DNA of 52,793 bases, the filler included, from Catajapyx aquilonaris (lineage: Eukaryota), in the NCBI GenBank assembly GCA_000934665.2. It is 3 parts of 3 records of this genome, joined end to end, with 100 filler letters (N's around TTAATTAATTAA, not from the genome) between each part and the next. Parts side by side here need not be neighbours in the genome. Positions count along the whole stretch, not along the records: positions 1 to 17,537 come from JYFJ02006921.1; positions 17,638 to 35,170 come from JYFJ02006922.1; 1 more part is not named here. One strand, 5' to 3'. Made by a program: the position numbers and the translations under genes. Below the pieces are notes generated by a model, which saw nothing but the letters and a program-made list of their open reading frames with translations, was not told the DNA's origin and did not search any database. Of this stretch, positions 11,545 to 23,545 are shown piece by piece. Position 1 is the stretch's first letter. Every line of letters begins with the position of its first letter.

Positions 11545-13108
11545 ATGGTCAAGATGGCATCTCCATCTGCTGGAATGAAGAGTAAGGTCATGGAGCATGG
11601 AGAAGCTCTGGAAAGAAAAGCTCAGGTAAGAAGATAACTGAATAATATTTTGTGCTCTTCTCTCCCACAGACTCACCTAAATACAATAATGCCAATATTG
11701 GGTTTAACTCAAGGCTGGATATTAATTACCCTGAACAAAAATGTTACTCACTATTTCGATGGTCAGATGTGCATAAAGATGGACTGTAAAAGTCACAACT
11801 AATATTGACCTCAATAATCAGATTCTGAACAAAAATCCAGTTAGCGTCTATCATGCATGCAGTTTTTTTAGGCACGTACTGTAGCCTACTTTGAGTAAGA
11901 GTGACAGTCAATTAATGTTATTTTTTGCCCTGTAGGATGCTGGAAGGGATCGCTTCTCAGCCCTCCCCGATGAATTGATGCTCAAGATATTTTCCTATCT
12001 GACCCCGGAGGATCTCTTGGAAAGGATACCCTACGTCTCAACAAGGTTTGACACCATGAGCCGTGATTCGCATCTCTGGAGTGCCCTGGAGCTGGATCTG
12101 ATGGATGAAAAAAGGAAGATTGAGAAGAAGAGGACACTCGAACTCCTAAGGTCCTTGACACGGCTGAGGACCGTGAAAGTGGTCAACTCTTGGTCCGGAG
12201 AAGCAGTCGATGACATCCTGGAAGCCATGGAAGATTCACCCTGCCTGGAGTCACTACATTTGATAGGAGTCAGGCTGGACAAGGTGGACAGTTTGAGTCG
12301 ACTGGTCAGCACTTTAGGCAAACTCAAGTCCGTGACCATGGTGACATGCGCATTGCCTTGTGAGTCTCCCCATTTGATGGACATATTTGCCAAATGTTCG
12401 TCCCTGGAAGTCCTGTGCCTGGACAGCAACTTTAATCCTTTTGCTCTCGTGGAGGCCAATCTGGAACGTCACTGGAGTAACCTGAAAGAATTTTGTTTCG
12501 GGCCTTTTATCCAGCACTCTGGAGACATGGAAGTCCGTGTGCTGGCTGATTGCATCGCAGCTGGTCAGTTGCAAAAGCTGAACATTTCACATCTGAAGCA
12601 ACCGCGGTCGTATTCCCGCCTGGCCAACTTCCAGAATTTGAATGAACTCCACCTGTTCTTCTCCAAGAAGTTGTCCAACCTCAGCTTGCTTAATGGCATC
12701 GGAGCCATCCCTGGAATTCGCAACCTTACCATCCATGGCTCCAATAAACTCCATGCCCCTATGATTTGCGCCTACTTCTCCATTCCACATGTGATCTCCA
12801 ACCTTAAATCCCTGACTCTCATGTCCGTTCCTGCTCTGAACGACGACTGCCTCTCCGTCATCTCTGGATGCACCTCGCTGACCAGCCTGACTTTGGAACA
12901 GTGCCACAACATCACATTTGACGGTGTCTTGGACTTGAAGAGGCGTCGACCCCAGCTAGCCCTCCAGGTCATTAACTGTGATAAAATTGAGTGTGTTCCA
13001 GACGATGTGGCTTCTTATGACAATCGTGTAGCCATTGCCAGGCGTGTGTGCATGGGGCTTATACCCTCTGCAGTGGGTCTCTTGTGGTGGGCAACTACAC
13101 TGTTGTAA
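11545..13108 (+). CDS. F-box/LRR protein B with hydrophobic C-terminal tail; exons 11545-11625 and 11936-13108
   Basis: DAGRDRFSALPDELMLKIFSYL...SRDSHLW F-box; LRRs (LNDDCLSVISGCTSLTSLTLEQCHNIT); phase-0 intron cag|gtaaga...ctgtag|; ends RRVCMGLIPSAVGLLWWATTLL*. Confidence 0.88.
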
Positions 13109-13885
13109 TGACTGTACAATGAACATCACACGCTTGTTTACACTGGAAGTGAACTGTTATCTGCAGGAAAAACTCTGTAAAACCTGTATTGGTTCAAGCC
13201 AGAATAGTTTGATTCGGTTTGATTGATGCATAAAATTGAGAACTGTAATACCTGCAACCCTTTTTGGTATTTGTTGAAACATCTTATGTTGTTTTTTATT
13301 TTATTTGTTTTTATGTTTGTACAATGATTGTTTTTACTTTTTATATGGATGTGATGCCAAGTTCATTTTGCATCTTGCAATGTACTGCATCTTATGTTCG
13401 TTTTGGATTTTAATACACTAGTTGTGATTTTACATGACTTCTTGTCCTTATTATTCTACCTTTCTGACTTTTTGACGGGAATTTTATTAGAAGTGTGTCG
13501 AGTTATGTTCCATGACGTTGATGCTATTCCTCAGAGGTGGGATGAAATGCCGGTTGCTACATCGCATTTTGAAACATCTGCGTTGGCCTTAGAGTGTGTC
13601 AGAATGTTCCACATCCGCTCCTGGACAAGAAAGGTTCTTCTTCGTGGGGTATCATCTGAAACTATCTGAATTAGCTTATTTCCAGTGTCTTCCTGAAGGT
13701 AAGGGACTACCTGCAGCGATGGAGTCTTACTCGGCCAAACTGATGGTACAGTATACTGAGGTTTGGCTGAGGGTATAGAGGCAATAAACTGTGCAATTTT
13801 CTAATATCTCTAAATTCCAAACAAAGCGCATGTGCATTGCACGCACTTCATCAGTGGTCGGGCATGGAACTGTTCTATCATCAGA

Positions 13886-14770
13886 TCCAGTTTTCCTCCT
13901 TCTAAAACCAGTTTTATCACTTATCGACTGCAGGTAATGAGTGGTAAAGATTGGTAGATGTAAAAGCACCGTAAGAAAGGTGAAAATCATACTTATTTGC
14001 ACTTGAAATCCGGGTTTTATTGGGCATTGCCAGGCAAGAGCAATGATAAAGATACAGGGTGTGCCAAAATGTTCGTCCGATTTCTGTTGCGATTTTTTTT
14101 TTTGTACAGCTGCTTATACGTTACTCTGGTTTAGTTGCTATCAATAGTATGTTGACTCCATATATTACAGCCTCAGCCATAACAGGCTGGTCCTACAAAC
14201 TTCCCTAAGGCATATAATGCTCTGTGTATTTCATTTTCACCTGACATCTGCTGTTGGTACGCTTAGCTGGCGGTTGGATACCGTGCAAAAGATCGCGAAT
14301 GAACAATTTGCAGTGGTGCCATAGCCAAATTAATCTAATTGTTAAAATGCATGCAAATTTGTTGTATATAGTCGGCCAAAATGCTTCTCAGGAATGACTG
14401 GCTAGTAGCGGCATTTAAATTGTGTAATTTCGTAATATCTCATATTCTATTAAGTGCCCAAGCGCATGCGCACTTGATCAGCGCTTCTCTTCAAGAGTCG
14501 GCCTGTTCCTTTTTGATTTCTTGTCCAGTTTTCCTCCTTCTAAAACCAGTTTTAGCACCGATTTTTGGGGAAGGCGACGGCCTTGGTGAGTGGTAAGGAT
14601 TGGGCAGATGTATGGACCGCAAGTGTAAGGTGAAAATAAGGCTCATTTGCACTTGAAATGATTGATTTATCAGTTATCACGAGGCCTTTGACCTTGGCGA
14701 CCATTCCAGGAGGCAAGATACAGGGTGTTCCAAAAGGGTCGTTCGATTGCTGTTGGAATCTTTTGCAGTG
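13886..14770 (+). repeat. Diverged direct duplication (~640-bp period)
   Basis: tccagttttcctccttctaaaaccagtttta, atttgcacttgaaat and agatacagggtgt occur in the same order at ~13886-14090 and ~14524-14760. Confidence 0.7.
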
Positions 14771-15030
14771 CTGCTGCTTATTACGAAGCAGTTACCTAGA
14801 TCGGTTTCATTTAGTGGTAAATAGTATTAACTGTACTGTTAGGTTATGTGTGCCCATCTTTTTCAAACCTGCACGGAATATGTGCTGACCTGCGCAAAGT
14901 GTGTTCCGTCCAGTTCTGTCAGTGACATGAGATGCCTATTGTTGCCGTGGGCCATTAAAAACCAGAAATACGCGCTTGAATGGATGATTAAGTGTGGCCA
15001 AGAGCTTGTTTGGCATGTTGTTAGCAGCTA

Positions 15031-15179
15031 CAGTAGTTGAATCCGGATATAACTATCTTCAAGGGACCGTGGAAATCAGTCTGTTATAACCAAGGTCTGT
15101 TATATCGGAATACACAGGCCATTTATATGGCAGTTTGTCAGGACCGGCCTTTCGAGTCTGTTATATCTGGATTTAGCTG
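15031..15179. mobile_element. Tigger/pogo-like MITE
   Basis: TA-flanked; ttgaatccggatataac...gttatatctggatttagctg inverted ends; related sequence at ~41630-41750. Confidence 0.55.
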
Positions 15180-15337
15180 TAATAAGTTTGATCCTCTTAA
15201 AGATCAAACTTATTCTATGATTCTATCAAGACTTATCTACAGGGTGACCCATAAGTCTAGAACCACAGGAGTTTCCTATTACATTGTTGTAGTATATGGT
15301 TACCATGTATTATTACCATATTATGTACATGTGGTAC

Positions 15338-15432
15338 TGTACTATGGGCGCCAAAAGAATTGACCGGAGTTGATGGGTATATAGCGCTATATACACATGA
15401 ACGCCGGTCAATTCTTTTGGCGCCCATAGTAC
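15338..15432. repeat. Palindromic mini-element
   Basis: tgtactatgggcgccaaaagaattgaccgg...tatatagcgctatata...ccggtcaattcttttggcgcccatagtaca. Confidence 0.85.
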
Positions 15433-15442
15433 ATGTAACAAT

Positions 15443-15501
15443 AAGCATCTCCTGCAACTTTATGCTCGCGGGGGGCGAGCATAAAGTTGCAGGAGATGCT
15501 T
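15443..15501. repeat. Perfect 27-bp-stem hairpin
   Basis: aagcatctcctgcaactttatgctcgc-ggggg-gcgagcataaagttgcaggagatgctt. Confidence 0.9.
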
Positions 15502-16608
15502 CAGGCCTTATTCTGTGACCTTTCTTTATCTGACTGAAATTAATTGACTTTTTTTAGACTAAGTTAGCTGCTTCAGGCGTGTGTTCATCGTGTATTTATA
15601 ACAGTATATTATTTTGATACCATAATAGCTGAGATTGACAGAGCAGCCTGCCGAAGGTGAGGGCCTGTGTTCTCCAACTTCATGCTCATGGGTGTACCGT
15701 AGTAACCACATGCTACACACTGTAATAGGAAACTGACTATGGTTCCAGACTTATTGAGGGACAGCGTGTGGAAACATCCCGTAACTAAATTAAAAATAAG
15801 CAGCATAGTGCCAGTTAGTCCATCTAGTGGGACAAATGTTTTGGGTCATGCTGTAATATGCAGAAGTGGTAAGTACGCAACCTTGGGAGGTTTGGTGTGA
15901 TGTTAGATCATTATTGTTGTGTATGTACTAGTGCTGATGGCAAGTTCAAGTAAATCTCATGACTTCATGTGTCTGAATACAGCAATATATCTCCTGCTCA
16001 AATTAAAGTCATGCAAGTAACCACAGGCCATACAATTTCAATGGCCACCAGAATGACTTGGAACAAATTGGCACAGAGGGTCTCTCCAGGAAGCAACAAT
16101 ACACCCAAGTGTGAGATTGTGACAGCAGGTATTTGCAAGTCAGTGCAGTTGATGGAGCATTTTCAGGTCACAAAATATTGTTGGCATACAAGTGAAACAC
16201 AAAGATTCCAATTTTAGCAATTTGAATTATTCATTCCACTAATGTAGTCTTTTTAAATGCTCAGTCACCTTATATCAGGAAATTGTGTACACTTTGGCAA
16301 GAGGCCCAAAAGGTATGTGAATGATCTTCTCTTCTTATTGTGGAGTGTGTATTTTAGCCAGCTATTAATGTACTTAACCATGGAACATGTAGTACTGCTG
16401 TCCCAAGAGCTTTTAATTATCAGTTGCATTAACTCAACTACTGTACTACTGTATAGTGCCAACTTCTGAAGAACTGATGGGCATTTCCACGGAAACACAG
16501 ACATATTGTCCGTTCGTTACGCAGGTTTTGCAGACATTATTTGACCAAGTTGTAATTCCCTCATGCATAAATTTTGCAGTCTTGAGTGCATCTGATTTTT
16601 CTTTGTAG

Positions 16609-16962
16609 GCTATTGGATCCAACATGCCTCGACATATTTTCTCCGACCTTGTGGAAGAATTGAAGATACAGATATTTTCCTTCCTGGACACTGGAGACAA
16701 GATTAGGGCTTCCCTTGTGTGCAAGGAATGGAACCGACTCATGGACACCCCTTCTCTTTGGACATCTCTGGAGTTGTCAGGCAGAAGGGTCACTGACATA
16801 GAAGCTGCTAACATTGTAGCAAATAAGCCTTGCTTGAAGACTTTGGTCCTGAAGGATTTTGCCGAAGGTGGTGACCTTGTGCTTCAGTGTGCTGCTGAAA
16901 CCTGCACTCTCCTGGAAGTGCTGGAAATGGTGAGGATTGCTCTTTTAAAAGAAACTTGCTGA
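16609..16962 (+). CDS. F-box/LRR paralog C, partial (F-box plus first LRRs); truncated, or spliced onward at 16929
   Basis: Acceptor ctttgtag at 16608; FSDLVEELKIQIFSFL...ASLVCKEWNRLMDTPSLWTSLEL; possible donor atg|gtgagg; assembly gap ~600 bp downstream. Confidence 0.7.
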   Translation, partial: AIGSNMPRHIFSDLVEELKIQIFSFLDTGDKIRASLVCKEWNRLMDTPSLWTSLELSGRRVTDIEAANIVANKPCLKTLVLKDFAEGGDLVLQCAAETCTLLEVLEMVRIALLKETC

Positions 16963-17000
16963 TGGAGAATAAAGGATCATTAAGTTTTGATGATGTGTAA

Positions 17001-17173
17001 AGCGGCGTTTACATGTGAGCGATTTGATCCCGCAATGTCATCACTGTACGATAACAATGCTGAGTAACCGGTATTGTTTGAGGTGAAATCAATTGTTACT
17101 GTCATGTCAAACAATATTGGTTGCTTGGCTTGGCGACGACTGCTCGTCAGATCGCTCACATGTAAATGCACCT
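17001..17173. mobile_element. PIF/Harbinger-like MITE
   Basis: TAA|AGCGGCGTTTACATGTGAGCGAT...ATCGCTCACATGTAAATGCACCT|TAA (3-bp TAA TSD). Confidence 0.7.
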
Positions 17174-17390
17174 TAAGGGCCTTGTTACCCACAACTCACA
17201 AGAGATGTAATATTATTTACTCTTGTCTTCTGACTGTAATTACCAGTGTTGTATTTTCAAAGAGCAAGCAACAAGCCCTCCAAAAATGTGTACATGGCTG
17301 GGAGGTTGCAGTTAGGTGCACAGTTCAATTTGTATTGATGCATCATGGTAGTCAACTGAAGAGCTGTTTCATTTTTTAAATTCCACAATC

Positions 17391-17428
<38 letters not shown>

Positions 17429-17537
17429 GCTGATGATGATGATGATTATTATTATTGTTATTATTAATTTTTTTACGTTACCCCGTGATAAGGCTGAGCC
17501 TTTTTAGGGGAGTGGAATACCACCATTTCACTCCATT

Positions 17538-17637
17538 NNNNNNNNNNNNNNNNNNNNNNNNNNNNNNNNNNNNNNNNNNNNTTAATTAATTAANNNNNNN
17601 NNNNNNNNNNNNNNNNNNNNNNNNNNNNNNNNNNNNN
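17538..17637. other. Assembly gap with artificial TTAATTAATTAA linker
   Basis: 100-nt N block containing a six-frame stop linker at 17582-17593. Confidence 0.95.
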
Positions 17638-18375
17638 ATCCTTGCCTCCAAAACACTGTATGGCACTTTTATTGTCATCAATGAAAGCTAGAGCTCTAAA
17701 AAGATAGTAACTGAAACAGGTACCCCAAGTGGAACACTGTATAACAGAATATGCAAGGAAGTAAACGAGCGTTTCTAGAAGGTCTACAGAAGGTGTATAG
17801 GCTTTCAGTATAGTATCTTCAGTATGTGAAGGGATAGCTACCGATCATGTTCCTGTGCAGGAAGGAATACCCGAGCACCATCATGGTCACTCTGACCTGG
17901 CGGACCAGCTTCTTCAACTAGTCCATCCTGTCCAGCAACGTCAACTAGTCCACCCAGACTGGCATTACTAGTCCCGTCTGCATCCGGCACTGCACCAGCA
18001 TCTCCACGGGCTCCTGCAATCATTATGTTACAAAAACCTTTTAATAACCTTGCATTGCTGCACTAGGAGCATGGCAACTCAATAATCATGATCATAATCA
18101 TCAATAATCAATAATCATGATCATTTCCTTTGCATCATCAAAGAAGTTTTAACAATTATAATTCCAAAGTAATGACTTGCTTTTGTATGGGCACAAATTC
18201 TGCAAAAGCCAATCAAAAAATGCTATTAGGAACAGGGTTTTCTATTCCTGCATGGTTCTAATGGAATGGCTGAAAATACCCTCGATGAACACCTGAATTA
18301 CACAGCATACACTATGGTACAACAGTAGACAAACACAAGTGCACAACAACAAAACAATGCAATGACAATGCTTAC

Positions 18376-18508
18376 TATGACGCAGCTGCTGGACCTTGCA
18401 AGCATTGCATATACGTCCTCCATGCTCATGATATGGCCTGGTCTGACGCCAAGGTTTCCATTTCCCACAGTGACCACATTTGGTATCCCGGCGTGGTCTA
18501 TCCATGGT
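18376..18508 (-). other. Putative exon encoding a GATA-like C4 zinc finger
   Basis: ttttag|...KCGHCGKWKPWRQTRPYHEHGGRICNACKVQQLRH...|gtaagc; Cx2Cx19CNAC spacing bracketed by canonical splice sites. Confidence 0.4.
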
Positions 18509-18588
18509 CTAAAACCAAGAAACAACAATGCATGTAATAGGCTATTGCCCAAAGGATGTTTGCATTCACTGGAAACAAACCCATGCCC

Positions 18589-19078
18589 AACTTACATGTT
18601 CACTTTGAGAAGCAGGTGTATGTAGAAGCTGGTTTACGCAGAAGTAGGTTTACGCAGAAGTAGGTTTACGCAGAACCTAAGACATGGTGAGCTAGGCTGT
18701 ACCGGCACACTGCAACCAGGTCCACTGATGTACACAGAGTACCAAACCTTGGAACTGGGTCGCTGGCAAGAACTGCAACAATACAATGTCATGACAGATG
18801 CTAGGGCACATAACGAGGCAAAATGGACTTGTGTGCTGTGCAATGAACTCATGCGCAACTTACATGTTCACTTTGAGAAGCAGGTTTATGCAGAAGCTGG
18901 TTTACGCAGAAGCAGGTTTACGCAGAACTTAAGGCACAGTGAGCTAGGCTGCACTGGGCATGGGCTGGGCATGCACTGGCACACTGCAACAGGGTCCATT
19001 GATGTACGCAACGTACCAAACCAAACCTTGGAACTCGGTCGCTGACAAGAACTGCAAAAATACAATGTCATGACAGAG
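18589..19078 (+). repeat. Tandem duplication (~270-bp period) with internal ggtttacgcagaa subrepeats
   Basis: aacttacatgttcactttgagaagcagg...aatacaatgtcatgacaga at ~18589-18798 and ~18858-19078. Confidence 0.85.
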
Positions 19079-19809
19079 GAGAGGTTTCATGAGGAGTCTA
19101 CATGGACCACGGCATGTCTAGGCCCCAAACTTACCAAAACACTGGGAACGTCAACTGATGAATCCTTCTGACGTGCTAACGGTACTGCAACTGCATATCC
19201 CGTTGTCCTCCTGCATCGTCCTACACTTATAAACTTATCTTGGGATATTTTGTGGGCGCTGCCATATTGCGTCCGACCTTGGGTCTTCGGCGAGACTCAG
19301 CCATACCTTACCATATCGTGATTGTTTGCTGTCTTCTAATCGGTTCAGTTCTTGGCGAAGTGGCCACTGGTTTAACAATATAAAAATCGTCTGATGTTTT
19401 CTGCCGTGCTATAACTTGGCAAATACTTGAGTTACAATCTCGAAAGGTGTGGTTAGCTTACATGATGACACACCACCATACGGCACTCTCACCACTAGAC
19501 GGCGCGATTACCAGTTGCAAGTCATTTGCATGGGGGCAGATGCTGCGCCATCATGCGGTTTTATTGATAACTGTCTGGTTCTGTTGGTAACACTGCAAAA
19601 ACGTCAAGGAGTAAGTTGGGGTGCATATATGCAAGGATGAAGTTGCAAGGGAACCTTTTTTACTTCCGGCAATTTTCAATGCGATATCATGAAAGGCCGT
19701 TAAAAGAGGTTCCGAAATCACCCATCACATTTGGATTCACTTGAGGGGTTCAGAAGTTACTGGACTCCATTCAAATCCCTAGCCGCGTAAAATGAGTGAA
19801 AAATCACAG

Positions 19810-19959
19810 CTTACGCAGCCTGTAGTTTCGCAACCACGTGAGACAGAGAGACAAAATCTGGGATTCTTACATATAAGCACTAGTACAACACACCTATGGA
19901 ATTTGGTCGAAATCGTACGAGATTTGTCGGGGGATGGTCCGCTTGACGTGGAATGCCTC
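19810..19959. mobile_element. Terminus of a related GAGGCATTCC-ended element abutting the foldback element
   Basis: Ends ...gatttgtcgg..ccgcttgacgtggaatgcctc|ATAT, back-to-back with the element starting at 19968. Confidence 0.65.
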
Positions 19960-22219
19960 ATATATATGAGGCATTCCACGTCAAGCGGGCCACCTTTCCG
20001 ACAAATCTTCGAGGACCTTGACCAAAATTTAGTGACATGTACTACTCATCGACCTGTGCAGGAATCCAAATTATTATACCTCTGCGTTGCGTGGTTGCGT
20101 AACCACAGGGTGTCAAATATGCCCATTTTCGAGCATTTTTGCTACGTTCGCGGTCACTTTGACGGCCATATTTACTAGAAGGTCAGGTCAAATATAACAT
20201 TTGATATGTGCATTCGAAGGGGCATTTTACGCTCTATGAGACGGTCATGTTCATTTTTAAGAAATCCAAAAATGGAAAGTCAAAGATGGCGCCAGAAACT
20301 TTGATTTTGACATTGCTTATTGATGGCCCCCTATCACTTCTTTTGAATGGTACTTAAAATGACAAGCGCAATGTTTACTTCACATTTCCGAAAAATACTG
20401 AGAACCATTTTTCGATATTTGCCGACAATAATAACTTTTTTGGTTCCAAACGCCTCCCGTAATATAGTCACCTCATTTGGTGGACGATAACTCGGAGAAG
20501 CTCATGTCAAATCTTATATTTGATATGCGTATGCGAAAGGTATTTTTATGCTCCTGGAGATGGTCTAACCCAAAATTGAAAAATCCAAAAATTTAAAGTC
20601 AAAGATGGCGCCCAAAACTTGAATTTTGATATTGCTTATTGATGGCCCCTTACGATGTCTTTTGGATGGCACTTAAAATGATCAGGGTAATGTTTAATTG
20701 ACATTATCTGGAGAACCCTTTTTTGATATTTGCCAAATATAAAAATATTTTAGATGCAAGACGTGTAGCGTAAGAGTAGTCACATCAATTAGCAATAAAA
20801 TTACTCCAAATATGGTGCGTTAAATATTCATGTTGCACATCAATAGAATGCCTGATTCTAACACTACATAGAATATAATGCAAATACCGATTTCGCTATT
20901 GCCTAATAAAAAGATAATCCGCATAAAGTTAAACAGGGGCTTAAAAATAGGCGCTTCTGTTAACTTCATGCGAATTATCTTTTTAGTATGTCACTAAAAT
21001 TGCTATTTATTATTACCCATGTAGAGCGCTAGAATCTGGAATTCTCACGATCTGTAGCATGAATATTTAACCCAACACATTTGGAGTAATTTCATTACTA
21101 ATATTGATGTGACTACTCTTACTCTACAAGTCTTGCAACTAAAATATTTTTATATTTGGCAAATATCAAAAAAGGGTTCTCCAGATTTTGCGGAAATGTC
21201 AATTACATATTACCCTGATCATTTTAAGTGCCATCCAAAGGATATTGTAGGGACGATAGTCCCTATAAGTAAGATCCTCGTGCAAAAACAACAATTAAAA
21301 TTTTCCTTGTTCTTGTTGGGATGAGTTTTTCTGTCAAGCATATCTCAAAAACCGTTGCAAGTACAGCCTTCATATTTTGAACACGTATCCGGCCCGACGT
21401 GCTGCAGTGCCCGATCCCCTACACAAAAAAACCCAAGGACGTAATAGAACCCCGAAATAAAATTACAAATGAATAATTCATTATGAGCAGCAATGAGTAC
21501 AACTGGAATCCATGTGTGACAATAGTCACACATTATTTAGAATATTATTTTGTGTATCTATCATCTCTACACTTTATGCGGAATTATGTACGCTAACTGC
21601 TTAAATAAATATATGCTTCACCTTATTTTCATTGCATTATTATTAAATAAACATTTCATTCATTCAACTTGTTATTATATTTCATTCAGTTTCCACGGTA
21701 TCCTCCTTAGGCGTCAATAATTGAGTGACTCGATTATGACTGTCGTTGCCAACCATCAAATATTATTGAATTTGTCTTAGATACGATAAGTCTATCATGT
21801 TCGTATGAATAAATTCCATTCGATCTTCGTGTCATCAGTCCTCCTGCACCCTTCAACCACTGAAACTATCTTGATTTTGGTAAGTTAATGCATTTGTAAT
21901 TCACGCAGGCTTCGTAAACCCCTGCGGTTCGTCCTTGCAGGTATACGTAGCCCAACCAGTTAGACTTTGGTGTTGCCCCTTTCTCCTCCCGCTGATTCGA
22001 ACGGCAACCACTTACCACATAGGCATACGACGCCCGTATGATATATGACTTTAGTGTTATTCTCACTCCCAATAACCGACTTTCTTCCCTTTCTCTCACC
22101 ATCATGTACCCTATACTTCCCTGCTTCTTCTTGACCGCACTTTCCACACCTTCATCACATGGATGTCTTTGCCCACACCATCTTTGACTTCCACCATTCA
22201 CCTCAGATAATTAACAGTT

Positions 22220-23474
22220 ATGCCAAGCAAGGCCAGGAAGCGGCGAGAAGCGCGTAAGTGTGTCGCAGATCGTGGTAGCAGGGGTTCGAGGAAAACTAAG
22301 TACAATGAGGAGCATCGAGTGGAGATACGAATTAAGAAGAATAAATACTATTCAGAGCACAGGGAGAACATCATCTCGAAGCAGAGAAAGTACAACATAC
22401 AGCCCCTATAAGTAAGATCGTCAGGTAGCGTCTGGCAGCGGTTGCGACGTGGCCAAACTTCCAGACCGCATCGGCCACTCTCTAGCATGCATCTCCCTTG
22501 GCATCTCCTCACGGTGCAGGTGCGGATTTAGAAGCCTCTGTGCACTGCATCCGCATTCACCGTATGTACGGTCTGTGATGAGGGATTTACTCAGGTCCGT
22601 GAAGCTCGACGGCTACATCTTGGCCCTGGAGACTGCCCTACAAACTGGTGACGTCACCTCTCTCGAAACCACCCTCCGACAATGTGCTTCCCTGGATTCC
22701 CATTGCGCGGTTGTCTCTACGACGAGGGGAAAAAGTGATGAGGCTGCACTGTACGCCATCATGTACGCAAAGGCTGTGTCCGCATCAAAGTCCGCATTCC
22801 TGAAGATGATCCATGATGATTTCCCGACTGTCCCATGCGTCTCCTCCCAGCGCCTTCTGTACGGTAGCCTGGTGCGGCGTATTAAATGGGAGGAACTGAT
22901 TTCAAGTCCTCCCTGGTGCGACTTCCTGCATGACACCAACATCACGCCATCACACGACAGCCGCATTTGCCACTATTGCTGGGGACGATTCCGCTGCAAG
23001 GAAACTCCCAACGGATGTATCAGTAATGCCCTGGCAGTCGACGTCCTTCCTGAAGCTCTCAAGGATCTTCACACCTTGGAGAGAATCCTTGTGCAGAGAG
23101 GAAAGTGCTTCCAGACAGTAGTCGTGCGGCGTGGGACAGTTACTTCCAAGCGTCCCCAGAACTAACTGGTGAATGCCATAAGAGGTAGCGTGTTCCACCT
23201 TCCTCTACCGACAGAGCCTACCATTCGCTCTGTCCTTGAGAAGGAGGTGTCTACCACCCTTAAGATCCTGGTCAACGGCGTCCCCACCAAGAACAAGAAA
23301 ATTTGGCAGGATTTGGTGCGGATACCAAAGGTCGTGGCCGCCATTGACACTCTAAGACTTGTGAATCCCCTCTACGCAGACGTAGATGTGACCACCGACA
23401 GGTCGTTGGAGGAGCATCTGGAGCTCACTGCCAAGGAGGACCTGCCGCCAATGCTTACTAAGCATAATACATAA
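22220..23474 (+). pseudogene. Helitron/Helentron Rep-helicase N-terminal fragment (DUF6570-like)
   Basis: CHYC...N.LAVDVLPEALKDLHTLERILVQR...RGSVFHLPLP...WQDLVRIPKVVAAIDTLRLVNPLYADV; interrupted by stops; no HUH or helicase part. Confidence 0.75.
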
Positions 23475-23545
23475 TACATTAACATACATAATACATGAAT
23501 GAGTATAACTACTTGTTCATATTGCTTAGTCAAAAAATAACTGCA

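Noticed and set aside
17582..17593. TTAATTAATTAA inside N runs (also at ~35215)
   Set aside because: Identical six-frame stop linker centred in 100-nt gaps; an assembly spacer, not biology
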